A stretch of DNA of 64,000 nt from Amphiscolops sp. MND2022 (Eukaryota), in NCBI GenBank assembly GCA_964187785.1, contig OZ076409.1, positions 72,170,001-72,234,000 on the forward strand, read 5' to 3'. The notes under the pieces were generated by a model. That model ran no database searches and was not told the origin of the DNA. It saw only the letters and a list, made by a program, of their open reading frames with translations. Made by a program: the position numbers and the translations under genes. Of this stretch, positions 42,661 through 54,300 are shown piece after piece (the first letter of the stretch is position 1; every line of letters begins with the position of its first letter).

Positions 42661-45600
42661 GTGGGCGGGGGTAATTCCCCAACAAAAAAATCGGCCGGCG
42701 GGTCGGGTCCTGCCGGCCGTCCAAAATCAAAATTATACTAGTAGAAAACGGCCGGTCAAACGAGCTATTTTTTTATTTAACCGTTAGAATTTGGGTTTAG
42801 ATTGCATGCGGCCATGAAATGGCCATACGAATCGAAGTTCCTGCTGACGTTTTGCGATTGAATCACTTTATAAAAAGTTATGGCCAATTTGTCATTCACC
42901 TAGAAGGGCAAAATGAGGAAAATTTTAACAAAGTCGCTGATAACTCAAAATGTAATAATTTTTGGACTTTGACAGTGAAACAAGCTTGGACCTGTCATTT
43001 CGTGGCTGTGGCATTGCACTGAACACAAAAGATGTAAAGTTTTCACATTTTTTGAAAATTCGACATTTTTGATTTTTTTTTCACTACTATCAGTACACTA
43101 TATGTCAAAAACGCCTCTGAAAAAAATTTTTATTTGCTTAAAATTAGAAACATTGGTATCCATGGTTTCCGTCAGTACCTACTCGCTGCCAAACGCTCAA
43201 CAGTTTGCATACAATGTGAAAATATAATTTTTTTCGAGGTCATAGGTGTTTCACAAGGATTTCTCAACTTAGTATCTTATTACAAATTGGTCATTTTGAA
43301 CACATTATTTTCATCGAAGCGTGTCAGATACCACCCTAATGCTCACGAATGGGCCTACTGGCAACGTTGGAACCATTTTTAGTAATAGAAAGTATTAAAA
43401 AAATATTTTCACCCGGTCTTCAGTCATTTTTCAGACATTCGGTACTTAACTTAGAAAAATTTCGCATCAAAAACCCATATTTGGTAGGGTCGAAATTTGA
43501 AATTCAGTTTTTTATGCAAAATTATTAACTCTGACGTAACCAGTGGAGCCCATGATACTCAAAAACACGATTGGGACTGGTATCAGTGGCTCCAATAACA
43601 TATGAGCCGCGATAAGACGTTATTCAGAGCAAACGCTCTAAATCGAAGTAAACATCTCTGAAGCCTGGGATCACAGTGAAATGTGATATCACCAAAAGTT
43701 TACTCTTTTTTGTCAATCACTATGTACACAGAGTGCGTAGGGTGAGTTTCAGGACTATAATGAGGTTTTTGAAGTAATCGCGCTGCTCAAGGGGTGGTAT
43801 GAGACTATTTTTTCCCATATACTACTACATTTCCATAAATTTGCAGTCCATTGTCTTGGAAAGATAAATTCACAAAAACAATTTTTCTACTCTATTCAGT
43901 TATTAGAATAAAGTTGATTACTGTGGTTGATCAGAAATGCTCAATTCTTTTGGTTTTTAAAAAAATTCCTTCGCATTCGTTACATTTGTGGAAGGAAGGT
44001 TATCAGTAGCTCCAAAAAAAACGAAATTTAGCACGAACAGACATGCAACGATGCAAAGCAAAAACGTTTTTACAACTTCCGACGTCATTATTTTACCCAA
44101 GAAGTTCGAAAATATCATTCGCAATGCTGTCATTCGCTATATATACGATCGCGGTCAATTTACAAACATTTAGATTTCATTGTTATGCTTGAAAACCAAT
44201 TTTTGTCAGGTCGAAATTTTAAATTTTGCCTGGGGAGCAATACCCTTCACGCTGAAGTAAACAGTGGGGCCCAAGTTACTCAAAAACAAGAAAGAGACTG
44301 CTACAATATGTCCTAATAACATATGGACCACGATAGTACGTTTTTCCTACAAAAAACTCTCATCCGAAGTAAATATGTTGAAAGCTTTTAATCACCGTGA
44401 GAAGTGATTTCATCAAAAAATAACTATTTTTTGTCAATCACTATTTACACAGAATTTGTAAAGTTAGTTTGAGTCATGAAATGAGGCTTTACCGTAATAT
44501 GGGTTGCTCAAGGTGTTATATAAGACAAAAACTTCCTCTTTTCTACTAGCTTCTTCAAATATTTCAACCCTTTCTCACAATAAGTTAATATTCAAAATCT
44601 CTTTGAAATGTATCTTTATGTTGGGGTGAAGTCTAAGAACAATAACTATGATCGAAGAATGCTAGTACTGGTGTTTGAACCATGTCCGGATGAACAAATC
44701 ACAAAATAATCAAAAAATTGTTCCCTTTTTTGGTTATTTTGGCAGTACTAAAAATGTTAGCGGATAAATAATTTTTTCGATGGCACCATTGGATTCCTCT
44801 CAAAAAGTTGGTTATATGACCTGTGTAATAACCCCGTATCTTTTCAATTTGAATATATTTAAAAAGCCAACTATTTTGACCAAAATCCTAAAAATCATAC
44901 CATTTCCTAAAAATTTTCAAATGCACCCCATTTGACGTATTAGATAAGCACAGAAAACTATCATATACCGATCAACTCTACTCCCATTGTAGATTATTAG
45001 AATTTTGTTTAGAATGAATTTTGATGGATATTTAAAAAATTTTGAACCCTCCAAAAATGGGCCAAAATTACACGAAAAAATTGACCTTAAAATACCAAAA
45101 TGTCAAAAAATCATCAAAACCACGGCTTCTTGGGGTTCTATCAACTCCGCGTGGTCCACAGAGTATGCTAAAACAGGTTTTACCCGTTTTTGAGCAATAT
45201 GTGAAAAAGCCGACATTTTTGGGAAAGAAAAACATACCATTTCCTAAAAAAATTCAAATGCACGTCATTTGCCGTATTAGAATAGCACAGAAAACTATCA
45301 CATACCAATCAACTCTACTTTCATTGCAGATGAACAGAATTTTGTTTAGAATAAATTTTACCGGATAATAAAAAATATTTGAATCCTTCAAAAATGGGCC
45401 AAAATTACACGAAAAATGGACCTTAAAAATTTAAAATGTCAAAAAATCATCAAAACAACAGCTTCTTGGGGTTCTATCAACTCCACGAGGTCCACAGAGT
45501 ATGCTAAAACAGGTTTTACCCGTTTTTGAGCAATATGTGAAAAAGCCGACATTTTTGGGAAAGAAAAACATACCATTTCCTAAAAAAATTCAAATGCACG

Positions 45601-47421
45601 CCATTTGCCGTATGAAAATAGCACAGAAAACTATCACATACCAATCAACTCTACTTTCATTGCAGATGAACAGAATTTTGTTTAGAATAAATTTTACCGG
45701 ATAATAAAAAAAATTGATTCCTTCTAAAATGGGCCAAAATTACACGAAAAAATGGACCTTAAAATTTTAAAATGTCAAAAAATCATCAAAACCACGGCTT
45801 CTTGGGGTTCTATCAACTCCACGTGGTCCACAGAGTATGCCTAACCCGGTTTTACCCATCTTTGAGCAAAATGTGAAAATACCGACATTTTTGGAAAAGA
45901 AAAACATGCCATTTTCTAATAAATTTCAAATGCACGCCATTTGCTGTATGAGAATAACACAGAAAGCTGTCACATACCGATCAACTCTACTTCCATTGTA
46001 GATTATCAGAAGTTTGTTTAGAATAAATTTTGATGGATAATAAAAAAAATTGAATCCATCAAAAATGGGCCAAAATTACACGAAAAAATTGACATTAAAA
46101 TATCAAAATGTCAAAAAATCATCAAAACCACAGTTTCTTGGCGTTCTATCAACTCCATATGATACCAAACCAGGTACTGCCAATCGTTTGGGTTATAATA
46201 AAAAAACGTCTTTTTTGGCAAGAATTCCATACCATAAATAATAATCATGTTCCATATAAGAAGCGAATCATTTCAGATATATACCCTGTTCATTTTTTTA
46301 ATATTACCGATTATTAATTTAATAGATGTTTTGAATGTGAGCTTCCTAAAAGGTTCAGGTGTGATGATACGTAAATAGAACCTTAGTTTCATCGAAATCT
46401 CAATTGAATATGTCCAATCTTAACCATCAGATAACAAGAAACACTTAAGTACATTCCATCTCCCCATCGGGGGAGATGAGAATGTACTTTCGAGAAGCCA
46501 AATACGTCCAACATTCAAACTTTTGTAACTTTGTATGTAACTCCTGAAACGAAGAAGGAATAAAATTGTTTCTGGTACATACATGAGTCTTTACTTCAGC
46601 TTCTATTTCTGCTGAACAAAACCATTCGACTCTTTTACCGGAGTTAAGATCGATTGTTTTACCCAGTGAACAAAGGCATGACTGAAAACGTTTACTACTT
46701 TGTTCATAATTTTCCGGCCTTCCGAAATGATGAAACGTCCACATAACTAAGATAGCAAGTGAATGACTGCGAAATGCACCTTATTAGATGAGGTAAATAA
46801 CGTGTAAAACTCTCCTTTATCCTAACATGAGGTTGAGTAATGATCATTTGAGAATAGTTTGATATGTGAATACAATAGTATAAAACAAGTACATTTTATA
46901 TGAATAACGCCGTGGAAAGCGTTCAGAAAGGACAGTAGGCTTGTTTGGAACATGTATGTGTGGTGTCCCTTGGTGGCGTTCGCTTAGTGTATATGTCGAG
47001 GGGTATTCGAGTTGTTATGATAGAATTTACACACAAGTCTTTTGTTTTTTGGTTTTTTTAAAATGTCGTTAAGTACCTGCATTCTATCCCCTTCTCAGAG
47101 ATGACGTGAAGTTACGTTTGCTAAATAAATGTCATCGAAAGATCACACTCCCGACGAAATTAACTATCTTAACACGTGTTTAGAATTTTAAATAAACAAC
47201 CGTATAAGATTTTTATATTTCATTGAGTTTGATGAAGTCTTTTGTTCTTCTCACTACTATTTCAACCAATACACATATCCGTTACCATATCACATGTCTC
47301 CTTTAGTACAACGCCACATAGCGTTCCGACGCCCACAGTCTGTGGGCATGCCGAGGCATGCCCTTCGACGACGTATGGCAAATGGAGCCATGCCCGCCGT
47401 CTTTACGGCGGTAGCGGCTAG
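42661..47421 (+). repeat. Family C unit (4761 bp), divergent copy
   Basis: Same architecture; subrepeats ~44890-46230; type II hairpin 46448-46488. Confidence 0.92.
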
Positions 47422-50400
47422 GTGGGCGGGGGTAATTCCCCAACAAAAAAATCGGCCGGCGGGTCGGGTCCTGCCGGCCGTCCAAAATCAAAATCCTCCT
47501 AGTAGAAAACGGCATGTCAAACGAGCTATTTTTTTATTTAACCATACGAATTTCACCATTTTTTGCATGCGGCCCTGAAATGGCCATACGAGACGAAGTT
47601 CCTGCTGACGTTTTGCGATGTAAATGTTTTATATAAAGTTATGGCCGATTTGTCATTCACCTAGAAGGGTAAAATGAGGAAAATTTTAACAAAGTCGCTG
47701 ATAACTCAAAATGTGTTAATTTTTGGACTTTGACTGTGAAACAAGCTTGGAACCTTCATTTCGTGGCTGTGGCATTGCATTGAACACAAAAGATGTAAGG
47801 TTTTTACATTTTTTGAAAATTCGACATTTTTGAAAATTTTTTCACTACTATCAGTACCCCATATGTCAAAAACACCTCAGAAGAAAATTTTTATTTGCTT
47901 TAAATTGAAAACCTTGGTAGCCATGGTTTCTGTCGGAACATACTCGCTGCCAAACACCCAACAGTTTGCATCCAGTGTGAATTTAAAAATTTTTTCGAGG
48001 TCTTAGGTGTTTCACAAGGATTTCTCAACTTAGTATCAAATTACAAATTGGTCATTTTAAACACATTATTTTCATCGAAGCGTGTCAGATACCGCCCTAA
48101 TGCTCACGAACGGGCCTACTGGCAACGTTGGAACAATTTATCGTAATAGAAAGTTTTAAAAAAAATTTTTCGCCCGGTCTTCAGTCATTTTTCACACATT
48201 CGGAACTTAACTTAGAAAAATTTCAACCGAAAAACCCATTTTTTGTCAGGTCGAAAATTCAAAGTCAGCTTTTTAAGCAAAATTATCAACTCTGACGTAA
48301 CCAGTGGGGCCCATGATACTCAAAACAACGATTGGGGTTGGTACCAATGGCTCCAATAACATATGAGTCGCGATAAGACGTTATTTTGAGCAATATGTCT
48401 CAATTGAGTTAAAGATCTCGCCAACCAGTGATCACTGTGAAATGTAAATTCAATAAAAATTTACTCATTTTCGTCAATCACCATGTGCACAGAGTGCGTA
48501 GGGTGAGTTCCAGCACTATAATGAGGTTTTTGAAGGCATCGGGTTGCTCAAGGGGTGGTATGAGACATTTTTTTCCTATATACTACTGTATTTTCCAAAA
48601 GTTTTAGCCCATTATCTGGAAAAACTAACTTGACAAAATACTTTCAACAACTTTTTTCAAAGGTTACAATGTAGATGAACCCAGTGGTTGATCAAAAATT
48701 TTCATCTCTTTCGGTTTCCGAAATAATTCCCTTCGAATGTGTTACATTTGTAGCAGGAAAAAAACCGAAACTAAAAAATACGCGATTTTGCTGAGATAGA
48801 ATCGCAATGGTTGCCCCTAAAATCTCTTTAAATACTTCTAACGCGACCTTATGGACCCAAAAAGATTGAAAATGCCATTCACAATGCTGACATGTGCTCT
48901 TTCGACGATCCTGGCTAGACAAGTTTTGCATATTTTTCAAGTACCTGTTAACTGAATTTTGTGATAGCCTTTTAAGTTGGCCTTGTGTCAACTTGGGAAG
49001 GCTATCACATCAAAAAACTTTCATCAAAAATACTTTTTGTTTATACAATAATGTAGTCGATAGTTATTTTCGTGATTTTACACTACCGTTAGTACCTTCC
49101 GCCAGGTCAGCTGACGATTGCATGCTGTCTTTGATAAAAACGTATGAACACCAAGAAAATTTTGTTGTATTTTTGTTGAAGAAAAGTATTAATAAATAAT
49201 AAAAATATAATTCTAACCTTAAACAACTATAAATTTGCTTAACCGTTATTAGTCCTACCACCTATCATCAGCCTATGCCATGGCCCGGTGATTAGTAGTA
49301 CAACGCCACATAAAGTAGCGACGCCCACAGTCTGTGGGCATGCCGAGGCATGCCCTTCGACGACGTATGGCAATTTTAGCGTAGCCCGCGGTCACTACCG
49401 CGGTAGCAGCTAGGTGGGCGGGGATTTCACCCCAAAAAAAACTAGAGCGGCGGGTAGGGTCCTGCCGCGAACTCCCAAAACAGCTAACGCTTATAAGAAA
49501 AAGCACACCCTCAACAGCCGATTTTAAAATCTAACCGTACGATTTTTCTCATTTTTTGCATGCGGCCCTAATTTGCCCATACGAGACGAAGTTCCTGCTG
49601 ACGTTAAGCCCTAAAAACATTATAAAAAAAGTTATGGCCAATTTTTGGTCCCCATTAGATGTAAAAATGATGAAATTTTTCATAAAAGGGCAAATATCTC
49701 AAAATGCAATAATTTTTGGAAATTGACTGTGAAACAAGCTTGGAACCTTCATTTCGTGGCTGTGGCATTGCACTGAACACAAAAGATGTAAAGTTTTTAC
49801 ATTTTTTGAAAATTTGAGATTTTTGAAATTTTTTTCACTACTATCAGTACCATATATGTCAAAAACACCTCAGAAAATAATTTTTATTTGCTTTAACTTG
49901 GAAACCTTGGTATCCATGGTTTCTGTCGGAACCTACTCGCAGCCAAACACCCAACAGTTTGCATCCAATGTTAAAATAAAAATTTTTTCTGGGTCATAAG
50001 CGTTTCACAAGGATTTCTCAACTTAGTATTAATTTACAAAATGGTCATTTTGAACACAAGATTTTCATCGAGGCTTGTCGGCTATAGCCTTAATGTTCTA
50101 GAACGGTCCCACTGGCAACGTAGGAACCATTTATAGTAATAGAAAGTTTTTTAAAAAAATTTTCACCCGGTCTTCAGTCATTTTTCAGTCATTCGGAACT
50201 TAACTTAGAAAAATTTCGTCTCAAAAACCCATTTTTCGTCAGGTCGAAAATTGAAATTCTGCTTTTGAAGCACAAATATGCACTCTGACGTAACCAGTGG
50301 GACCAATGATACTCAACAACACCATTGAGACTGGTATCAGTGGCTCCAATAACATATGAGCCGCGATAAGACGTTATTTTTAACAAAACTGTTCAAATGA

Positions 50401-51391
50401 AGTAAACATCTCGGAACCCTTGGATCACAGTGAATGTTGATTTGAACAAAAATTTACTCTTTTTTGTCAATCACTATGTACACAGAATGCTTAGGGTGAG
50501 TTTCAGCACTACTATGAGGATTTTGAAGGAATCGGGTTGCTCAAGGCGTGGTATGAGACACTTTTGTCTCATATACTACTGCTTTTTTGAATAACTCTTC
50601 GCCCAATATCTCACAAAGCAAACCTAAAAAATACTTTCCGATACTTAATTCACTTCTTAGAATATAATTGAACATTGTGGTTGATCAGAAACTCTCAACT
50701 CTTATGTTTTTCAATAAATATTCCTTCGCATGTGTCCCATTTGTAGCATTAAAAAAAGTTGAAGCTAAAAAATACGCTATTTTGCTAAGATAGAATTACA
50801 AGTATTGTAACCAATATATCTTTAAATACTTCTAACGCCACCTTACGGACCCAAGATGATTGAAAATACTGTTCACAAGGATCACATGTGCTCTTTCTGC
50901 GATCTAGGCTGCTCATTTTTTGCTTAGTTCACATGTAGCTGTTAACTGTATCTTGTGATAGCCTTTTAAGTTGGCCTTGTGTCAACTTGTGAAGGCTATC
51001 ACATCAAAAAACTATAAACAAAAGTACGTTTTGTTTACAGGGTATAGCTTTCGATAGTTATTTTTGTGATTCTGTCCAACGTTGGTACCTTCCATGATGT
51101 CAGCTAATGATAGCATTCAGTCTTCGATAAAAACCTATGAACTCCAAGCACATTTAGATATTTTTTGCTATAAAAAGTCATCAAAAAGATCGAAATTATT
51201 TAATATAGAGTCTTTAACGTTTGTATTTTTCGTTTTTCTACCGTTGTTAGGCCCATGAACATCTTACAGCCACGCTGTCTGTCATTAGTACAACGCCACA
51301 TAGTGTTGCGACGTCCACCGTCCGTGGGCATGCCGAGGCATGCCCTTCGACGACGTATGCCAAATATACGCATTAGCGCGGTAGCAGCTAG
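47422..51391 (+). repeat. Two family A units (47422-49413, 49414-51391 divergent)
   Basis: Junctions 47417, 49409 and 51387. Confidence 0.92.
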
Positions 51392-54300
51392 GTGCGGGGG
51401 GGTAACCCCAACAAATATATTGGAGGATTCGGGTAGGGTCCTGAATCCGATTTTAACTCTAATAGCTATCGATAGGAAATCTTGCAAAAATTTCGGGATC
51501 TCGTGATCTAACCATAGGATTTTAAAGTTGGAGCGGCCCCCACCAGATTTTCCGAAAATTAGCGCCCCCCACCGGGTTCCATACCCCGGGAAATTTTTTT
51601 CTGGCCACACGGGCGACCGTTAGGGGGTCATTTTAGGGGTAAAATTCATATTGGGCCACATAACTTTTTTTCTGTTGATTTAAAACTTTGGAACCCTGCT
51701 AAAAGTTTCTTGACCGTGTTGCAGGGGCCCCGAAGGTCCAAACCAAATTTTTCTATCTTGAAGCTATCTCCAAGTACCCCCCCGCTCAAACCGTTATTTT
51801 TCCGGAAACGCAGGTTTTTGACCCGGAAGGAGTCGTCTGAGCGCGGGGTCGTTAGGTGATGTATTGGGGACGGCCTTGAGACGAAGTGGGGGACAAGTAG
51901 TTTGCCAACCTCAATTTACCCCCCGGACGGGAAATGACCGTTATATGAGCGTGAAAAATGCCCCCCTCCACGTTTTACCGCTATTTCCGGTGTGAAGGAG
52001 TGGGAGTAGCGCGTCGGGTGTTATATAACAAAAGTAGGTTTAGACAAGGACCTATCGGAAACATGTAGTTTGGGACCCCCTGGACCAACCCGTTAGCGGG
52101 AAATGGGGCTTCCGCCTCCTTTTTTTAGTGCTAAAACCGTAAAATGGGCATTGAGGGGTAAATATCTCGTGAACGCGTGGAGCAATCGTGTCCATCACTA
52201 CTACAAGGTTTCATACCCATGATATGGTGCCTTCAGGGGGGCAAACAGATTTCCGCTATCTATCACCGTTACCGACTTGGCCCCCCAGCCTAACCGCTAT
52301 GTGACCGGAAATGTCACTTTTTGAGCCCAAAGGGTCGGTCCCAGCCGGGGAACGTTAGGTAACTTATTGTAGTACTCAATGAGACGAGTTGGGGGATATA
52401 GTTTTAGTCACCCCCCGTTACCCCTTGGGACCGGAAATGACCGTTATGTGGGTAAAATTGCAATTTTTATACTTTTTCAAGTGTATTTAGGTGCGGAAGG
52501 AGTGGTAATAGGTGCTTGGACACTATATGAGGTAAGGGAGGACGTGAGGCGTGCATTCGGAAATAACCGTTATGTTGACCCTAAAGTCCCCCTGGTACCG
52601 TAAACGACCGGAAATGGTCAAATTTTGTGTCTATTGGGTACAAATGTTTTGTATTTTGTAGATAAAAGTATCTATTAGGTGTTTCGACGGTCTACAGTAG
52701 TGAACATAGTCATGAAACCTTGTGGGGGGTAACGGTATATAGCACCGGAAGTCAAAACGTTGGAGACAGGATAGGTTTTTTGGTTTTAAAATGTCTTTCG
52801 GCGTAATTTTTCCGACTCTTGTGGACTATTTTTAAAAATTAAAGTTTTTCCATATAGTTTCAGAGACTCCGAAACCTCAACCAACATAACCGTTACCTTA
52901 TGATAGCCTTTCAAGTTGGCCTGGTGTCAACTTGGAAGCGCTATCCTTCTGAAATCGTTAATCAAGAGTGTTTTTGGGTAGGTATATATTGCATTAGTAC
53001 CAATTAGAGCTTCATCAACAGTGTATCAACGACAAAAACTATGCCGTCATGATTCCGTTATTAGAATCATAGTGAGCAAATTGTTGAAAAAATGGTTTTT
53101 TCCATACAAAATGTGTCCTAAATGCCAGGCAACCTATTTACCTAACAAATGGTATTAATTGGAATGTTTGTAACAGATTTATAAAAGTTCAAATTGATAA
53201 TTACATTTCATTATGGAAGCTGAAACGTCATATTTTAGTTTAATTAACGTCAACGCCACACACTTTACATCAACGCACACCGTCTGTGGGCATGCCGAGG
53301 CATGCCCTTCGACGACGTATGACAAATCCATATCAAACGACGCCCGTACATCCCGGGCTAGGTGCGGGGGGGAAACCCCATCCCTTATCTTGGAGGATTC
53401 GGGTAGGGTCCTGAATCCGAGTTCAGTGCCGCCAGCTCTCAGTAGAAATCTGGGCATTTTTTTGCGATCTCGTGATCTAACCATAGGATTTTAAAGTTGG
53501 AGCGGCCCCCACCAGATTTTCCAAAGTTATTCGCCCCCCACCGGGTTCCAGCGTGATTGAAATATTCTGACGGGGTACACGGGCGACCGTTAGGGGTCAT
53601 TTTGGGGGTAAAATTTATATCCGGTCGCATAACTTTTTTCCTGTTGGATTAAAACTTTGGGACCCTGCTAAAAGTTTCTTGACCGTGTTGCGGGGGCTCC
53701 GGAGGTCCAAACCAAATTTTTCTATCTTGAAGCTATCTCCAAGTACCCCCCCGCCCAAACCGTTATTTTTCCGGAAACGCAGGTTTTTGACCCGGAAGGA
53801 GTCGTCTGAGCGCGGGGTCGTTAGGTGATGTATTGGGGACGGCCTTGAGACGAAGCGGGGGATATATAGTTTGCCGACCCCAGTTTACCCCCCGGACGGG
53901 AAATGACCGTTATATGAGCGGGAAAAATGCCCCCCTCCACGTTTTACCGCTATTTCCGGTGTGAAGGAGTGGGAGTAGCGCTTCGGGTGCCATATATCAA
54001 AAATAGGTTTAGACAAGGACCTATCGGAAACATGTAGTTTGGGACCCCCTGGTCCAACCCGTTAGCGAGAAATGGGGCTTCCGCCTCCTTTTTTTACTGC
54101 TAAAACCGTAAAATGGGCGTTGAGGGGTAAATATCTCGTGAACGCGTGGAGCAATCGTGTCCATCACTACTACAAGGTTTCATACCCATGATATGGTGCC
54201 TTCAGGGGGGCAAACAGATTTCCGCTATCTATCACCGTTACCGACTTGGCCCCCCAGCCTAACCGCTATGTGACCGGAAATGTCACTTTTTGAGCCCAAA

